This document shows, one piece after another, positions 13,700 to 30,010 of a DNA stretch of 64,000 nt (position 1 is its first letter; every line of letters begins with the position of its first letter). The notes under the pieces were generated by a model. That model saw only the letters and a program-made list of their open reading frames with translations. It did not search any database and had not been told where the DNA came from. The translations under genes and the position numbers were made by a program. The DNA is from Eledone cirrhosa (lineage: Eukaryota): assembly GCA_964016885.1 (NCBI GenBank), contig OZ024740.1, forward strand, positions 68,572,001 to 68,636,000. Reading direction: 5' to 3'.

Positions 13700-13964
13700 A
13701 AGGATACTATTTATAGTTATGTATATTTTAAACTATAAACAGGGAAGATCAGTAATTTATTACTACCTTATTACCAGTAAGATAAATAGCTCAATGTAAT
13801 AACATCAGTTTTTCAGCAGAGCAGTTATATAGAGTTCACAAGAATCAACGCTATGTCCAAAGCGTTTATTAACTTACAATTGTTTTATCCAAACCTAGGC
13901 TTGGTTCCTTCGGAGCATTTTTCAATGCTTGTACATATAATTGACCTCCTATCCAACGCAAGAG

Positions 13965-14026
<62 letters not shown>

Positions 14027-14516
14027 ATGTACAGTGGAGTGAAATATATTATACTATACTATATTTGTACAATTCAAATTCAAAGTCAAAATTAAAATTA
14101 CAATTAAAATACTTGCGGCAGATAACACAGATAATGCTATATGATAGTTCGATAGTCAGATCTAGTAGATAGCGTATGCGTTAGTCATACATGGAGCATG
14201 CAAGTGTGTCTCATTTATATACGAGTATTGTGTGGCAAGGTGTTACATGTAATGCAAGCACTTTAAGCGGGTAAGCAAGAGTACTATGGTGGTGGTAGAG
14301 GTAGGGTATTTTTTGTATAGATAAAAAAAGTATGTGTGCAGAATATTACAAATAAAAAGAAAGTTATAGTTTTCTCATCCCCCACCATTTTCAGATTCAG
14401 GAGGTCAATTATATGTACAAGCATTGAAAAATGCTCCGAAGACACCAAACCTAGGTTTGGATTAAACAATTGTAAGTGAATAAATGCTTTGAACATAGCT
14501 TTGATTCCTGAACTCT
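13700..14516. mobile_element. PLE-like repeat family H4, inverted pair, decayed
   Basis: ~13825-13950 is the inverted copy of ~14400-14516; homologous to 35453-35913 and 36682-37320; decayed CCGAAG(A/G) HHR cores. Confidence 0.75.
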
Positions 14517-15511
14517 ATATATATATATATATATCCATATATATTGATTTCAAAGGTGTTGGCTCATTGACGCTTGCAGTTAGGTCTCTGAATCATACAT
14601 ATAACCGACCCTCTAATATATTAACAATAAATAATCAGTGAGTGTAACCACCCACGAATCTATATCGCTTGATATCCGTGTCATTACACGCTGTGCAATG
14701 TATTGGACTCGTTAAATCAATTAAAACTCTGTCTTCTCGTTGAAGGGCACTCGATCCTCGACCGAGTGACAATTAATCAATTATAAATCATATATAGAGT
14801 TATCTCGAATAAAACCAGCACTTATTTGTTGACTCACCTTCCAATGTACAAACACAGTGCATTTATAATAAAATGATATTATTGATTCGTTCTCATCGTT
14901 TTCTTTAGCAATAGAAGTCAATTGAATTGTATAAGTTATCTGCCTACTTATTGGCCTGCATCTGTCTCAATAGACAACAACATATATCTCCATAGAGGCA
15001 AGTCAATTTTACTTTTATATCATTCAGATCCCAAGAACATTCCGCTGTCGGCCTTTTAAGGAGATCAGATCAATATATCTAGCATCAAGTTTGCTGCAGA
15101 ATAAACTAACACCAATCCTCACAGGTACCTTCCCTTTCTCTTTCGTTATTACATCTCTGTCTTTCCGTTTCTTCTTTATACACCTACAAAAGCACTGAAA
15201 ATATATTTGATCCACGAAACATATTACTTATTTCTGATCTACATCTGAGAAAAGTAAAGTAGTGTGATTCTTATTAAGATATGATTTGGTACATATTATA
15301 TATCATCTAATAAAAGATGTACACTTTTAAGAAGATAATTTCTTAAATATATTAAGGTAAGCATCTCTCAGACATAAACCCGCACATACACACACTCACA
15401 CACTCACACAAACACGCACACACGCACACACACACACGTATATATATATATATACTTTATATTTAATATTATATATATGTATATATATATATATGTATAT
15501 GTATATATATG

Positions 15512-15545
<34 letters not shown>

Positions 15546-15546
15546 A

Positions 15547-15631
<85 letters not shown>

Positions 15632-15832
15632 TGTAATAAACAACATAAGATAATTATTTCATTTGCCAGTGGTTTCTTGAAAGCAAGCAAAATTTGCTTT
15701 CAGTCATCAGAATGAAAAAATGGTGGTGTATTTATTGACAGTGGATTTTTAAAAACAAACAAAAAACAAAAAAAAACATATTATACCCTTATCTTAACTT
15801 CTATCAAGTGTAGACCATTCTCTCTCTCGCTT

Positions 15833-15936
<104 letters not shown>

Positions 15937-16211
15937 ATCGTCACTTGATAGAAGTTAAGATAACGGTATAATATGGGGGTGGGATAGAAATGGTTAAGAC
16001 ATAGAAAATATGAGCAAATGTAAATGAAGAAATAAAAGATCGAAGACGTGGTTGTCACGGCTATCTACACACACACATAGAAATTAAAAGATAAATAGAT
16101 ACAAAAGAAAAGGATATATATATATTAAACTATAGGTATATTATATACACATTTCACATACGTAATTTGTATCTCCTATACACAACGAATACATAGATAT
16201 ATACATACATA

Positions 16212-16277
<66 letters not shown>

Positions 16278-16349
16278 GGGGGTGGGGGGGGGGTTGTATC
16301 TGTGTGTGTGATTAGAATTTAGCTACGAACATAGCTGTATGTATTTGAA

Positions 16350-16510
16350 TTTGACGAGAATCAGTTGAATTCAAAATGCATCGACGATTGGCCCCCTTGT
16401 TTCTGCCGTGCACTGCTTGTTGGCTTTGGCTGCCAGATTTTTTAATAGCTATGGCTTTCGAAATGTTTATTCATAAACATACTGTATTTCTTTTGAAATT
16501 CGAAGTTCAA
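16350..16510 (+). mobile_element. Diverged copy of family H1 with HHR remnant
   Basis: TTGACGA-gaat-cagttga-attc-AAAA-tgca-TC, then gacgattggcccccttgtttctgc, aligning to the minus strand of 4240-4365. Confidence 0.55.
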
Positions 16511-16553
<43 letters not shown>

Positions 16554-16588
16554 ATATAAGATCAAAAGATGGTTAAAGGAGTTCCATG

Positions 16589-16659
16589 TATTTTATTATG
16601 CGCATTTCAAAAGCAAACATCATCATGCAATAATATTTGTGTTTTCATCAGATAAAACA
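16589..16659 (-). ncRNA. Type I hammerhead ribozyme at the PLE 3' end
   Basis: tgttttat-CTGATGA-aaacacaaatattatt-gcat-gatgatgtttgctttt-GAAA-tgcgca-TA-ataaaata; 8-bp stem I and palindromic TGCGCA. Confidence 0.85.
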
Positions 16660-16769
16660 GGAGAACATGATATGAAGGCTAAAAAACACTTGTGGATAGT
16701 GCAGTTTTAAATCAACATATGAAAAGTGGTTTTAGATTGATGTGTGATATTGGGAAAACATATTTTATT

Positions 16770-17160
16770 TAGAGAGGGGGGGTGTGAAAAGGGGGAGGAG
16801 ATGAGAGGGAGAGATGGGTGATAGAGAGAAAGAGATAGTTTTTATAACTGAGAGGAGATATATTGTTTTACATAGAGAGGTTGAAAACCGTTGGAAGATA
16901 ATGTATAAATTAAAAAAATTTGAAAATTAACGAAGGGAGGATATGTGCGAGGAAAAAATAATTTATTTAGGGAGGGGGGGGATGAAAAAAGGGGGAGGAG
17001 ATGAGAGTGAAGGTGGAGAGGGAGAGATGGGTGATAGAGAGAAAGAGATAGTTTTTATAACTGAGGAAAAGATATATTGTTTTACATAGAGAGGTTGAGA
17101 ACCGTTGGAAGATAATGTATAAATTAAAGGAATTTGAAAATTAACGAAGGGAATTTATGT
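16770..17160. repeat. ~195-bp tandem duplication inside the PLE 3' region
   Basis: gagagggagagatgggtgatagagagaaagagatagtttttataactgag..aattaacgaaggga occurs twice (~16803 and ~17016). Confidence 0.85.
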
Positions 17161-17686
17161 ATGAAGATAGAGAGAAAATAATAATTGTGGATGAATATTC
17201 TAACGTTAAAAAAAGTGTATGTTGATAAGTATTGTGGCAATTTCAAAATTAACGAAGAGAAAAATTATTAAGGTTTGTGTGTAGAAGGATTTGAGAAAAA
17301 TAATGTGAAGTTAAAGTTTGTATATTGAAGGAATTGATAATATATGCGAATAAAGAGTTAATATGTATTAAGAATGAGTTCGTTGATGGGGAGAAAAAAA
17401 AAATAATAATAATAATAATAAATTAAGGATGAAATTGAGATTAAAAAGATTTATGATAGAGAGAAAAAATAATAATGATTGCGGATGAATATTCTAACGT
17501 CAAAAAAACAAATGTATATGTTATGAAGGATTTTACAAGGTGAAGATAGAATGAGGGTAATGAGTAAACAAGTATTAAAGAGTGTATAATGCCCTTTAAA
17601 GTAAGGTGGGAAGATGGGTATATTTTAAAGAGGTGTATGTATATGTGCCTTTGAGAAAAGATTCTAAATTGATAAAGAATTGAATA

Positions 17687-18523
17687 TTAACTGTATACTT
17701 TGTGAAAAGTCCTATGGAATTTATGCAGGCAGATAGAAAACAAATCTGTACGTTTATTTATTATAGAATCTAGGTTAGAGATAATGGTACATTTTTCATT
17801 TAGGCAGAGATTACAGATTTTAGATAGAGAGCTGTTCAAGTATGAGGATGCAGAAGAAACCTTCTTCCAAAAGATGGTATGTTTAATGTTTTTGTCTTTT
17901 AAGGACCATATGAGTTCTGAGAGAGCAGTGTTGGTTCTTTTAAGTTTGTATTTGAAAGATGAATGATGATTATAGAGACGAGCTTTAAAAGAGGTGGAAG
18001 TGGAGCCAAAATAGGTGAAGGAATTGGTGCTAGTTATAATTTTACATTCATAAATTAAGTTTTTATCGAGACAATGGTTGTTGAGAGGACATTTATTTTT
18101 AATGCGGCAGTTGCAATTAGAGAGATTATTAATGAGTAACCTAGTGTTATCTATAGAAGGAATTGGATTGGAGAAGTTGTTTGCGATAGGAATAATAGGA
18201 ACAATAGTTTCTTGATTTAGAGTTGGATTATGAACATTTAGCGAAGTTGTGTTTGACGTTGTATTTGGGTTTACAGAAGTTAGCCTAGGGTTTACAATGA
18301 CGTCGGGAGTACTATTACTGTTATTATGAAATTCAATGTTGGAAGGAAGAGATTTAGTATTTAGTATTTTATTGTTGTGTTTAGAGATGATGTTGGAAAT
18401 ATTGGAGGATCTAGCATAAGAAAATTTGATGGTGTGTTTGTTAAATATTTTACTATAGATATGTGAGGGAGGGAAGCATTTATTTAAGGCACTAAAAAAT
18501 AATTTAGGAATATTGTTATTAAT
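17687..18523 (-). CDS. Start-less open frame: PLE linker plus GIY-YIG endonuclease domain (~279 codons)
   Basis: Manual translation without stops: [32 protein letters not shown]...[75 protein letters not shown]. It is absent from the ORF track because it lacks a start codon. Confidence 0.88.
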   Translation of the reverse strand: MNNNIPKLFFSALNKCFPPSHIYSKIFNKHTIKFSYARSSNISNIISKHNNKILNTKSLPSNIEFHNNSNSTPDVIVNPRLTSVNPNTTSNTTSLNVHNPTLNQETIVPIIPIANNFSNPIPSIDNTRLLINNLSNCNCRIKNKCPLNNHCLDKNLIYECKIITSTNSFTYFGSTSTSFKARLYNHHSSFKYKLKRTNTALSELIWSLKDKNIKHTIFWKKVSSASSYLNSSLSKICNLCLNEKCTIISNLDSIINKRTDLFSICLHKFHRTFHKVYS

Positions 18524-19748
<1,225 letters not shown>

Positions 19749-21459
19749 TCACGCGCGAGCTTCTATATAGTCACCTGACATACTACAATGGCAGTAAAAT
19801 CTCCCTCAACCTACACTCTAACAACTTATAAAAGGTACTTGTTCGATAAAGAAAACTCTGTTAATGCATTGCTAGAAAATTTAACGGCGGGATAGTCACG
19901 CACGAAAATATTTTGGGTCTTAGGTCTACTCAATGAGTTTCTACTTGAACCTCAAGGAAAACATCAATAATTTACAAAAATGACAATACGTTCAATATTT
20001 CTTGCGAAATATGTTTTCATGTAAGCACTGTTTTGGCAGTTATTAGAGCATCAGTTTAAATGTCTCTGTACTCGATTGGATCCTTTCGGGATCAATAAAT
20101 GAATTACCATTCAGGTATGTTGGATTGGTTGAATTGTTATAGTCGAATGGGATTTTTGCAGTATCTGATCAGGACCTGTGCGTTCTGAGTTCTAACGCTG
20201 CCTCGTAGATCCGACCAGCAGTCAGTGGCTGCATTAGAAAGGGGGAAATATAATTTACTTGTTCCTTATTTCTTTAATATACAACCATAGGCACAACGAA
20301 ACTTGAATGATTATCACAAGAATTTTAAGGAATAACGTAAGTATGGAAAGAATTACGCACAAATGAAATAAATATATAAAACTATAAGAATAAAGACAAC
20401 AACAATGAGAAAAAATAAAGAAAGCGTGGAAGAAATAAAGTAAAGTGCAACCACATTGAGCAACGTAATGTAACAATTTCTATTCCTTCGGGAACTAAAG
20501 TTATTGACATTTACAAACCCTTTTAGATTATATTAACATTCTTGCTGACGCAGAATTTTTCCAGTTTTCTCGGAATCTCGATTTTTTTCCCTAATGAAAA
20601 AACGTTTTCACCAGCTGAACCTCTTTTTAAGAATAGCAAATTAAGAAATAATACTAACATGCTGCAGTTGGTGTTATAAAGAGGCGTGAAGTAGGTAAAT
20701 AGATGTCAGCATATTTAATATATGGCTCATTAACTGCTGAATTTGAATAAAACGTGGCGCGAACAATAAATATTAGTCGATTATTTATAATGAGGTCTTA
20801 CGATAAAGTTCTGAAGTAAGAATGTAGCATCTCCATTTCTCTTATTATTAATACACATGGGGAGTGGATTACCATATGTTCGCTGGTTGGCATAGGCATG
20901 TAGACTGACTAATTTGTTAAGGCATCGGACAAAATGTCGCCGTATATGGCAATGGTATTTTTTTTTATTTCAGAATTCAAATCTCCCGATATCGACTTGC
21001 CAAGCGCCAAAAATGTGAGAACCAACTTCCATGTTTTATTTATGTGTAATATTGTTTGGTACAGTGACTGAGGATAATGAATTCTTATCTTCAACTTAAT
21101 TTTTCTGAAGCGGTGTCAAACGTAACTTGTAATTGTTAGCATAGAACAGAGATAACCGTTTAAATATGAAATAATGTTGGCAGAAATTAATATATTAAAC
21201 AACGGATGTTTTGCAGTTGTAATGCAAGTGTCACAGTCTGAGTGTTTGTTTATGTGGAGAAGTGAAATGTTTGTCGTAAAAGTCTCAAGGTGTGAGATTG
21301 GCGATAATGAACGCTTGGTAATTCTCAATCTTAATAATTCTATTTCACACTTCAATATGTCCAAAGAAAGCCCAAATAAAGATTTCAGCCAAATGCAATG
21401 TATCTATCTGCTGGTCGTATTGAACATATCCTTTATAATTTCACAGAAGAATTACCTCT

Positions 21460-21880
21460 CTCAATGGTAGCCTTCGTGCTTTCCTCTTTTTTAATATCTA
21501 CCCCAATCGTCAGCCCATCCACACAAATACCAGGAGCTTCCTCTATGCAGATGACCTCTGTATTTTATCCCAAATGAGGTGCCCATACTAGTACAATCCG
21601 TAGCACAGCGCTAACCCTTTGCTACACAACCGCAGAATATGCCTCACCTATGTGGAGCAGATCATCACATTCATAGAAAATCAACCCTACCATAAATGCC
21701 TCTTGCAGATCATTCATTTTGGTTATCTCAAGTTAACCAAAATTAATGATCTGTACTTGCTTAGGGGCATTGCTTCCCCACACTTCCCCAAACCTCACGA
21801 GAAGCTATTAATTATTCTCCTGTCAGACTGGTATCATCAGCTCCTTTACAACATCCCCTTGCTCTAGCACCAATATTCAA
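21460..21880 (+). mobile_element. Decayed Ingi/Vingi-like LINE RT fragment
   Basis: FLYADDLC (~21538) followed by RSTALTLCYTTAEYASPMWSRSSH, resembling the ALALCYSxAEYxxPVW motif of this clade. Confidence 0.7.
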
Positions 21881-21945
21881 ACCTGCCAGTAAATAGGGCG
21901 AGGTTGGTTCTCATTTCATGTAATAATCATTAAAGAACCCATCAT

Positions 21946-22107
21946 AATAATTGTTTCTATGTGTGGCACAAGGCCAGCAATTATTCCAGTGTATTACTGG
22001 TGCTTTATTGTATCGACCCCGTAAGTATGAAAGGCAAAGTTAACCTCGGCGGGATTTGAACTTAGACCATAAAGGGCCGCAACTCTTTGCTGTAAAGCAT
22101 GGCATCC
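21946..22107 (-). mobile_element. tRNA-derived SINE, 5'-truncated
   Basis: High similarity to 11792-11982. Confidence 0.88.
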
Positions 22108-22943
22108 TAAATGATTTTGAAAATTTCCCCCTTGCCTTGGAGATGGCTGGAGTAAAATAGAGGTTATAAAATGATGAAATTTATTTCAATTTTCTTTTTA
22201 AAAATGTTGACTTTGTAGCCTGAACAATATTGCCAATCAACGTTACCTATGTAATGCTTTTGTTTTTAATATGCATGACAACTTTGCTATTGCATTCAAG
22301 TAGTCTGCATGGCAACACTTTTTCATCCAAAATTATGCAAGTCGTCTGACGTTGAAATGTATAATTATTATCAAATATAGCAAATTTAATGTACATGGAG
22401 GGATTACTATATACAGTACCTATGTTCTTGCCAAGTTTCTTAGACATTGCCTTGGGGGGTCTGGGAAACATTAAACATAAGAAAAGTACTAAATTTTAAC
22501 ACGTGTACAATTGATGACCTCATCAGACATTTCATGATGTCCACAATCTTTTGTAATGCGGGAATACAGGGTTATCAACGACATATAGTTGTGCTGAATT
22601 TCATTATCATAGCAATAGTGGCCCAGAAATAAAGTGGAGGGTCCTAAAATGTCCAGGTAGAACAAGGTTAATACACAAATACATTAGATTATCAACTACA
22701 ATTTCGTGAATCATTATTTGAATATACATATTGAGTATACTGATATGTAAACATTGTCATATAAACGTAATGATCCTTACGTTGAAAATGGATCGAGACC
22801 CTTATTTGATGTTCGACGTGTATAAGATACCACGGGAGATATCTTTGATATTGATAGATAACGCATATATACGCCATTAATGACTACATGAAGCCTACTA
22901 TATGAAGGAATATAGGTAAAATGGAGGTATTATTTGGCATATT

Positions 22944-23124
22944 GGTGGTGGATTGGCAGTATCGGTAGAGGGTCGGAGGCCATGCTTTGCAGCATAGAGT
23001 TACCGCCCTTTATGATATGAGTTCAAATCCTGCTGAGGTTAACTTTCATCCTTACGGGGTCGATAAAATAAAGTACCAGTAATGCACTGCGCAATTGCTG
23101 TCCTTGTGACAAAAAGTAGAAACA
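22944..23124 (+). mobile_element. tRNA-derived SINE with 15-bp TSD
   Basis: TSD attatttggcatatt at 22929-22943 and 23125-23139; A and B boxes. Confidence 0.92.
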
Positions 23125-23762
23125 ATTATTTGGCATATTATTAATACTTCAGGTGGAGCTGAAGGTAATTCATGCTGGATGCACTGCATCAACACTGATA
23201 TTCATTTATTGTGTATTCAATATAGTATCTTCATAGATTTTCAATATAATAATTATATGGCTAGGTAGAAAAATAAGCGTTTATAGCCTATTTTTGAAAT
23301 ATATTAAAAACAGAGTTGGTCTTATACTCAGAGTACCACTTTATGAAGGGTTCTCGTAATTATCGATAGGAGGTAGTACATATTTGGAGAATTTGACACA
23401 ACAAAATAGAGTGTATTAGCTGCTGATACAGTAGTGATTAGTGCTGTGCAGAATGACTCAGATTTTAAAGAATCGTTGCAAGAGTCAAAATGATCACCGT
23501 TCATAGGAAGAGAACCATCAAACCCATCACATGACCAATTAAGTTTCCATGGAAAGCATACACAAATACCAAAGTAGGAAGATATAAAAGAAAACTGTTA
23601 ATCTAATTCACAACGAACAAGTTTTGACCATCGTAAACAGAAGATATATATATATATATATATATAGACAAACATACGCCCACAAACACGCACGCACGCA
23701 GGCACACACACACAGAGACACAAACCCACACAAACACGCACACTCACACACATACACACACA

Positions 23763-23800
<38 letters not shown>

Positions 23801-23996
23801 GATATATTGTGACCTGAATGCAATTAGCACTCGTATTTATAAACTACGTATTCAGCAGAAAAATATATCTTCATATCTATAAGAATCCGTTAATGATACA
23901 GACAATAATATAGAGACTGGTACACACATACACACACATACACACACACACACACATTCATATATCTATATCTATATCTGTCTATCTCTCTCTCTC

Positions 23997-24067
<71 letters not shown>

Positions 24068-24098
24068 TATATACATAGACATATTCACATACACATAC

Positions 24099-24214
<116 letters not shown>

Positions 24215-24993
24215 TTATACACATCTATGTATTTATATTTGTATACGTATGTAACAATACTATCATTTCAGATCATAGTAGTTAATGAAAATATATGATA
24301 CCTTTACGAAAACAATAGAAAAAATATATTAGTAATAGAATAAAATATAAATCTGTCATGTCAGCGGTTTGCAATGCTAGAGGAGGAAATCTTGCTATTC
24401 AAAAGAAGAACGTGCAGCGAATACAAACACGAGATTTATTTTAGAATCTACGAGTAATTAAACGAGAGATATTTCGGCAAACATATATTTTTGTCAAATT
24501 CTTCATAACTTGCGATTGTTGCACATCACACACACATGAACACACAGATAGAAACGTATACACAGATAGACACACGATAGACACACGCACACACACAGAG
24601 ACACATACACACACACATACACATATATATATATATATATATATGAACACACGGAAAAAACACTAAAGAAAAGCAAATACTAATTTAAAGGTAGAAGAAC
24701 TAGATGAATTGTTGCTATGAATATGGCCGGTGGTGTCAGTGGCGGTTCTGCTAATAGTTTTATCAAGGCTAGGTTCTTGTTTACTACAATATATTTAGAT
24801 TTGCAAGGTCTACATATTTTTTGTTTTGTTATTATTGTTGTTGTTGCTGTTGTTTTCGTTGTTTTGTTGTTGTTAGTGTTGGTGTTGTCGCTGTTGTTGA
24901 TGATGCCGTTGTTTTTCTTTGGCATGTTGTTACAATGTCCACCGATGTATAGAAGTGAAGTGCACGTCTTCGTAGCAAATTTGTTTGAAATAT

Positions 24994-25034
<41 letters not shown>

Positions 25035-25160
25035 TCGGAGGGGGTGGCATTGCTGCTGTTGTTGATGAGTTTGGTAGTTCGTAAAGGTGGAAACGTTAGA
25101 ATCTGTTTTGATTGCTTTTCTATTTACAATCACCGCTTCAATATTATTAAATATCGTATT

Positions 25161-25347
25161 TAAGGGCGGTGGATTGGCAGTATCGGTAGAGGGTCGGACG
25201 CCATATTTGCAACATAGTTACGTCCCTTTACGATCTGAGTTCAAATCCTGCCGAGGTTGACTTTGCCTTTCATCCTTACGGGGTCGATAAAATAAAGTAC
25301 CAGTAATGCACTGGGTACTTGCTGGCCTTGTGCCTAAAGTAGAAACA
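25161..25347 (+). mobile_element. tRNA-derived SINE with 18-bp TSD
   Basis: TSD attattaaatatcgtatt at 25143-25160 and 25348-25365. Confidence 0.92.
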
Positions 25348-25599
25348 ATTATTAAATATCGTATTCATCAAGCTCAAATAAAAGGTAATCTCAACTGTAG
25401 ACGCATTAACACTCGTAACATCTCTATACACCCACACACAAGTACACACACATACTAACACACTCACACCTACACTCAAAGATATATATACATATATATG
25501 TGTATGTGTATATGCGTGCTTATGTGTGTGCATGTGTGAGTGTGTATTTGTGTATATGTGTGTTTCTGATACATAATGTAAGTGTATATATATACATTC

Positions 25600-25710
<111 letters not shown>

Positions 25711-26647
25711 AGCTCCGCTACTTCATATAATGTATCTGCTTCTGTTTTTGTTTATGTAACTATCTTGCCCTGAATAGGCTAAGCTCAAAGGCTTCCAATT
25801 ATGACCCTCGGTACTGTCATAAATATTCCTACCTGAGGCTGCATTCTCCTGAACGTGCTAACTAATTTGTTATACATTTCAGTATATATTTGAGCGAAAA
25901 ACGCTTAAGTCTATCTAGCCTTTCGAGTAAGTGTGTAGGCAGAATCTCGTTCGCTTGATCGTCAACGTCTAATCACAAACTGTTACTCTAACCTATTCGA
26001 CTGATTTACACCCACTGTTCCTTATGGCATTCAAACCTATACAATCGACATTTTAAAATATATTGTTTACCCCGGGGAATTAGAAAAAGTGCTAAATGTA
26101 TTTCGAAAACTTCTAGTATTGAAGATTGGAAAAGCTTTATGTGTATTTACAATTCTTGCAAGAGAGTGCCTGAAGGCTAAACTATAATAAATAAATGATG
26201 TACAGAGAATACAAACCGGACCAGGACGAAATTTTAATACACAAATCTTGGGTAATTTGGGAATATCGATTGAGTGAGTGTAATATACATTCAGAAAGTT
26301 AAAAAGATCAGATATGTTTTCTTATTTTATTTTTACTACAAAAATTTGAAACTTCAGGAGAAGACATAGTTCTGTGATGTGACACAGGATACCATAGATT
26401 ATTAACTGATAGTGACGGGAGATTACCGTACACAAGTAATAGATACATGAACACGCGCGTCTTTCGCCATTATTTTAAGATATTCATCACAAAAACGTAT
26501 TTGAGATGTTAACAGAAGCTTCCCATTTTGCACAGTGTTGTGATGGCTTTGTTTAATGGAATAGTAAGCATAGCCGATAATCAATGGTAGCCAGCCGACT
26601 AAGTCAGTCAACAGAGAATGTTTCGTATTATCTATTCTTATTCAAGT

Positions 26648-27331
26648 ATTACGAGGTATTATAAAGTCCTGTAAGAATTATCCAGCAATGTGTTTCCTGA
26701 TTTACAAATTTGAGCAACGTACCGGCTTCTGTCATGCAGCTCTAAAAATCTATTATCGAGGACGTTCAAATTGTTCCTCAGATTTTGAATAAACCTCCCC
26801 GAAGAGAAATAAAGGTTTTTGAGTAAGACGACATTTACAAATTGGTTATATTAATGAGATTTCAGAGCAACCAATCACTCGTAGAACAGATTTTATTTTG
26901 GAAAATAGTTGATATTATCCTTGAAAGCTGTTGACTAACAATCGATACGATCCCTCACATGACTGGAATATAATATGGACTCTGCTAGGAGATTATCAAG
27001 AAAATCATGAACATGTATCGCATGTATCGCCTTTGGTGACTTGACTGTGTTTGCCAAAATGAAATTCGGCACATGATGAAATTTGAATGGAATGACAGGT
27101 GGTATTGAAGCAAACTTTAGAAGAAGACTACCACAGTTCTTTTCAGACGCGGAAAAGTTCCCTGGCTTAATGTCTCACGCTTTTCAGATATGGAAGATGG
27201 ACTCAGTGTATTTTGTGCATCTCAATGGACAACGTTTGAAAATGGTGGAACAACAATCTATATTATGTATGGGATACACTATTTATCATGTATTTAGGCC
27301 TAGTTCGGAAAATTACTGATTCCATCGTATA
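26648..27331 (+). mobile_element. Highly decayed mariner-like relic
   Basis: Begins tacgagg and ends tcgtata (mariner-type termini); faint C-terminal transposase-like translation. Confidence 0.4.
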
Positions 27332-27558
27332 TTAATTATAAGTTCAATAGAAAGTGGTCATATTAAAATTGATATCGCCACACACATCCGTGCACGCAGA
27401 GAGGCAACCGCACACATAAGGAACCACATCAACACTCATACACAAATATGTATACCTACATGTACATTTACACATATATAAATATGTACACTCAGATACA
27501 CATACACACAGAGAAACACACACGCACACATACACTCACTCTCTCTCACACACACACG

Positions 27559-27635
<77 letters not shown>

Positions 27636-27829
27636 ATACACAAAAAAGCAGGCGTACAAGCGCACCTTGATATATTTGCTGGAATGTAGATAACATATGT
27701 ACGCTCATTCAAACAAAATACAATGTCCTTTGGTTAGTGAAGGAAATTCAAGTCGATTAAAGTAAGATTCAACACATGATCGTCTGTGAGTCATTATTGA
27801 CATCATAATTATTGTTACATTTCCCTTCG

Positions 27830-28026
27830 ATATGATGATAATGATGACGTCTATGATGATGACTATAAAGATGATGATGATAGTGGTGGTGGTGGTGATC
27901 ATGTTGATGGTAATAATAATAATGATGATGTCGGTCATCATCATCAAAACTATCATTTTCAATAACAATTATTTCACTAACATCTGCTTTGCAACGGAAA
28001 AACTACAATACGCCACAACCACCACG

Positions 28027-28083
<57 letters not shown>

Positions 28084-28124
28084 TTCTGCTGCTGCTGCTG
28101 CTGCTAACTCTACTACTACTGCTT

Positions 28125-28170
<46 letters not shown>

Positions 28171-28200
28171 ATCACATCGTCCTTATTATTATTACTATAT
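27830..28200. repeat. (GAT)n, (CTA)n and (CTG)n microsatellite cluster
   Basis: Direct inspection. Confidence 0.93.
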
Positions 28201-28988
28201 AAAACATACGGTGTTAGAGAGCTTCTAGTTGAGCCAGTTTAATATATCCAGCCCTCCATTTCTAATATCGATATTATTGGTCCGTGATAACTGGAGAAAT
28301 CTTATAAATGCATTATATTGAACACATATTTTTTCTGATTTTGATATAATAAAACTGTTTGCTCAAAGTTTGTAAATGAACATTAACAAATCATCTGATA
28401 GCTTCAAAATTACAATTTTGTATTAATTGATCTTCGTTTTTATTTTTGTTTTTGTTTTAATTTATAATTGTAAATGTTATATTATTTTATTCATATTTTA
28501 TTTATATTTTATTTATAATATATTTATCGATTTAGTTTATAGCGTGAATTCACTCCTAATATCCATTTCTCCGTCAGTATTTTTAAAAATCACTCCTCTA
28601 TGAGAAAACGTTAAAACGAAACTATGTACTTTTCTTTTAACATCTTCCATCTCCATGACTGTACTGTCGTTTTGGATGTTTTGTTTGTTATTTTGAAATA
28701 TTTCTTTATGTTGTTGCTTCATGGCACGAATTTATTGCCTCGAGTACAACTAGATTTAATTAAATTAAACAACAGAAATCCTCCAACAACGCTGCTACAT
28801 AGTTTTCAATCATCATAAATATTTACAATTTAAAATAATTAACTTTGTTAAAAAGAGGAAAGCACCCAAAAGATAAATGAATAAATTTAACAGAACGAAA
28901 AACTCCTGCATGAAATCATTTATATATATATATATATATACATTTATATAACTACATATATACACATAAACATATGCATATAAATATA

Positions 28989-29074
<86 letters not shown>

Positions 29075-29087
29075 GATATGTATATGC

Positions 29088-29158
<71 letters not shown>

Positions 29159-29749
29159 TCAACATCAAGAACATCACCATCAATTCAACTACAACAACCA
29201 TATAGGGACATTTTATTTATTGCTTTCATCACCAGAAATATTTTTATAGAACATCCTTTTTAATGTAACCAACTAACTAAGTAACATCTTACTGAATGAA
29301 TAAATGAATACATAAATAAATAAATAGATAAATAAATAAATAATTAAATACATAGATAAATAAATAAATAAATAAATAAATAAATAGATGAATAAATAAA
29401 TAAATAAGATAAATAAATAAGATAAACGAATAATGTTTATAAACGAAAAAAATATATTTATCGAAAAATCATTCCGTCTTGAAAAATTGAATTATATTAG
29501 GATAAATATTTAATTAAAATATATACCTTGATTGATTTTTACAACGTCATCATCACTAATAACAGCAGCAGCAACATCAGTACTATTTGTGGTATTGTTG
29601 GTATTGTTGTTGTGCTATTTCTGTTGTTGTTGTTGTTCTTGTCATTTGCTCATTGTGAGTCTTCACGCAATATTTATTTAGCGGAAGAGGCAAATGAAAA
29701 TGGGAATTTATATATTAATATATATATATTCCTATAACATTCTATCACT

Positions 29750-29776
29750 TTACTACTACTACTACTACTACTACTT

Positions 29777-29814
<38 letters not shown>

Positions 29815-29848
29815 GCTACTGCTGTTCATGCTACTACTACTGCTGCTG

Positions 29849-29883
<35 letters not shown>

Positions 29884-29902
29884 GCTGTTCATGCTACTAC
29901 TT

Positions 29903-29937
<35 letters not shown>

Positions 29938-30010
29938 GCTGTTCATGCTACTACTACTGCTACTACTACTACTACTACTACTACTACTAGTAGTAGTAGT
30001 ACTACTACTA
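29750..30010. repeat. (CTA)n microsatellite with higher-order unit punctuated by gctgttcatg
   Basis: gctgttcatgctacta recurs at ~29821, ~29885 and ~29938. Confidence 0.9.

Larger units (their letters stand above)
16557..18523 (-). mobile_element. 5'-truncated Penelope-like element: C-terminal ORF, long 3' region and terminal HHR, inserted in (TA)n
   Basis: GIY-YIG frame, HHR at 16589-16659 and TA microsatellites on both sides. Confidence 0.9.

Noticed and set aside
14530-14820. TA-flanked island with hairpin cactcg..cgagtg after ttgaagg, a possible HHR relic
   Set aside because: GAAA and stem I are missing; too decayed to call.
20560-21440. Higher-complexity stretch with short ORFs, possible exon or DNA transposon (similarly 22240-22720 and 52020-52740)
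   Set aside because: No motif, splice structure or terminal repeat could be recognised; needs BLASTX or RNA-seq.
29750-30010. Regularly spaced repeats as a CRISPR-like array (also the 91-bp and 132-bp duplications)
   Set aside because: There are no unique spacers of constant length, the context is eukaryotic, and these are simple tandem duplications.
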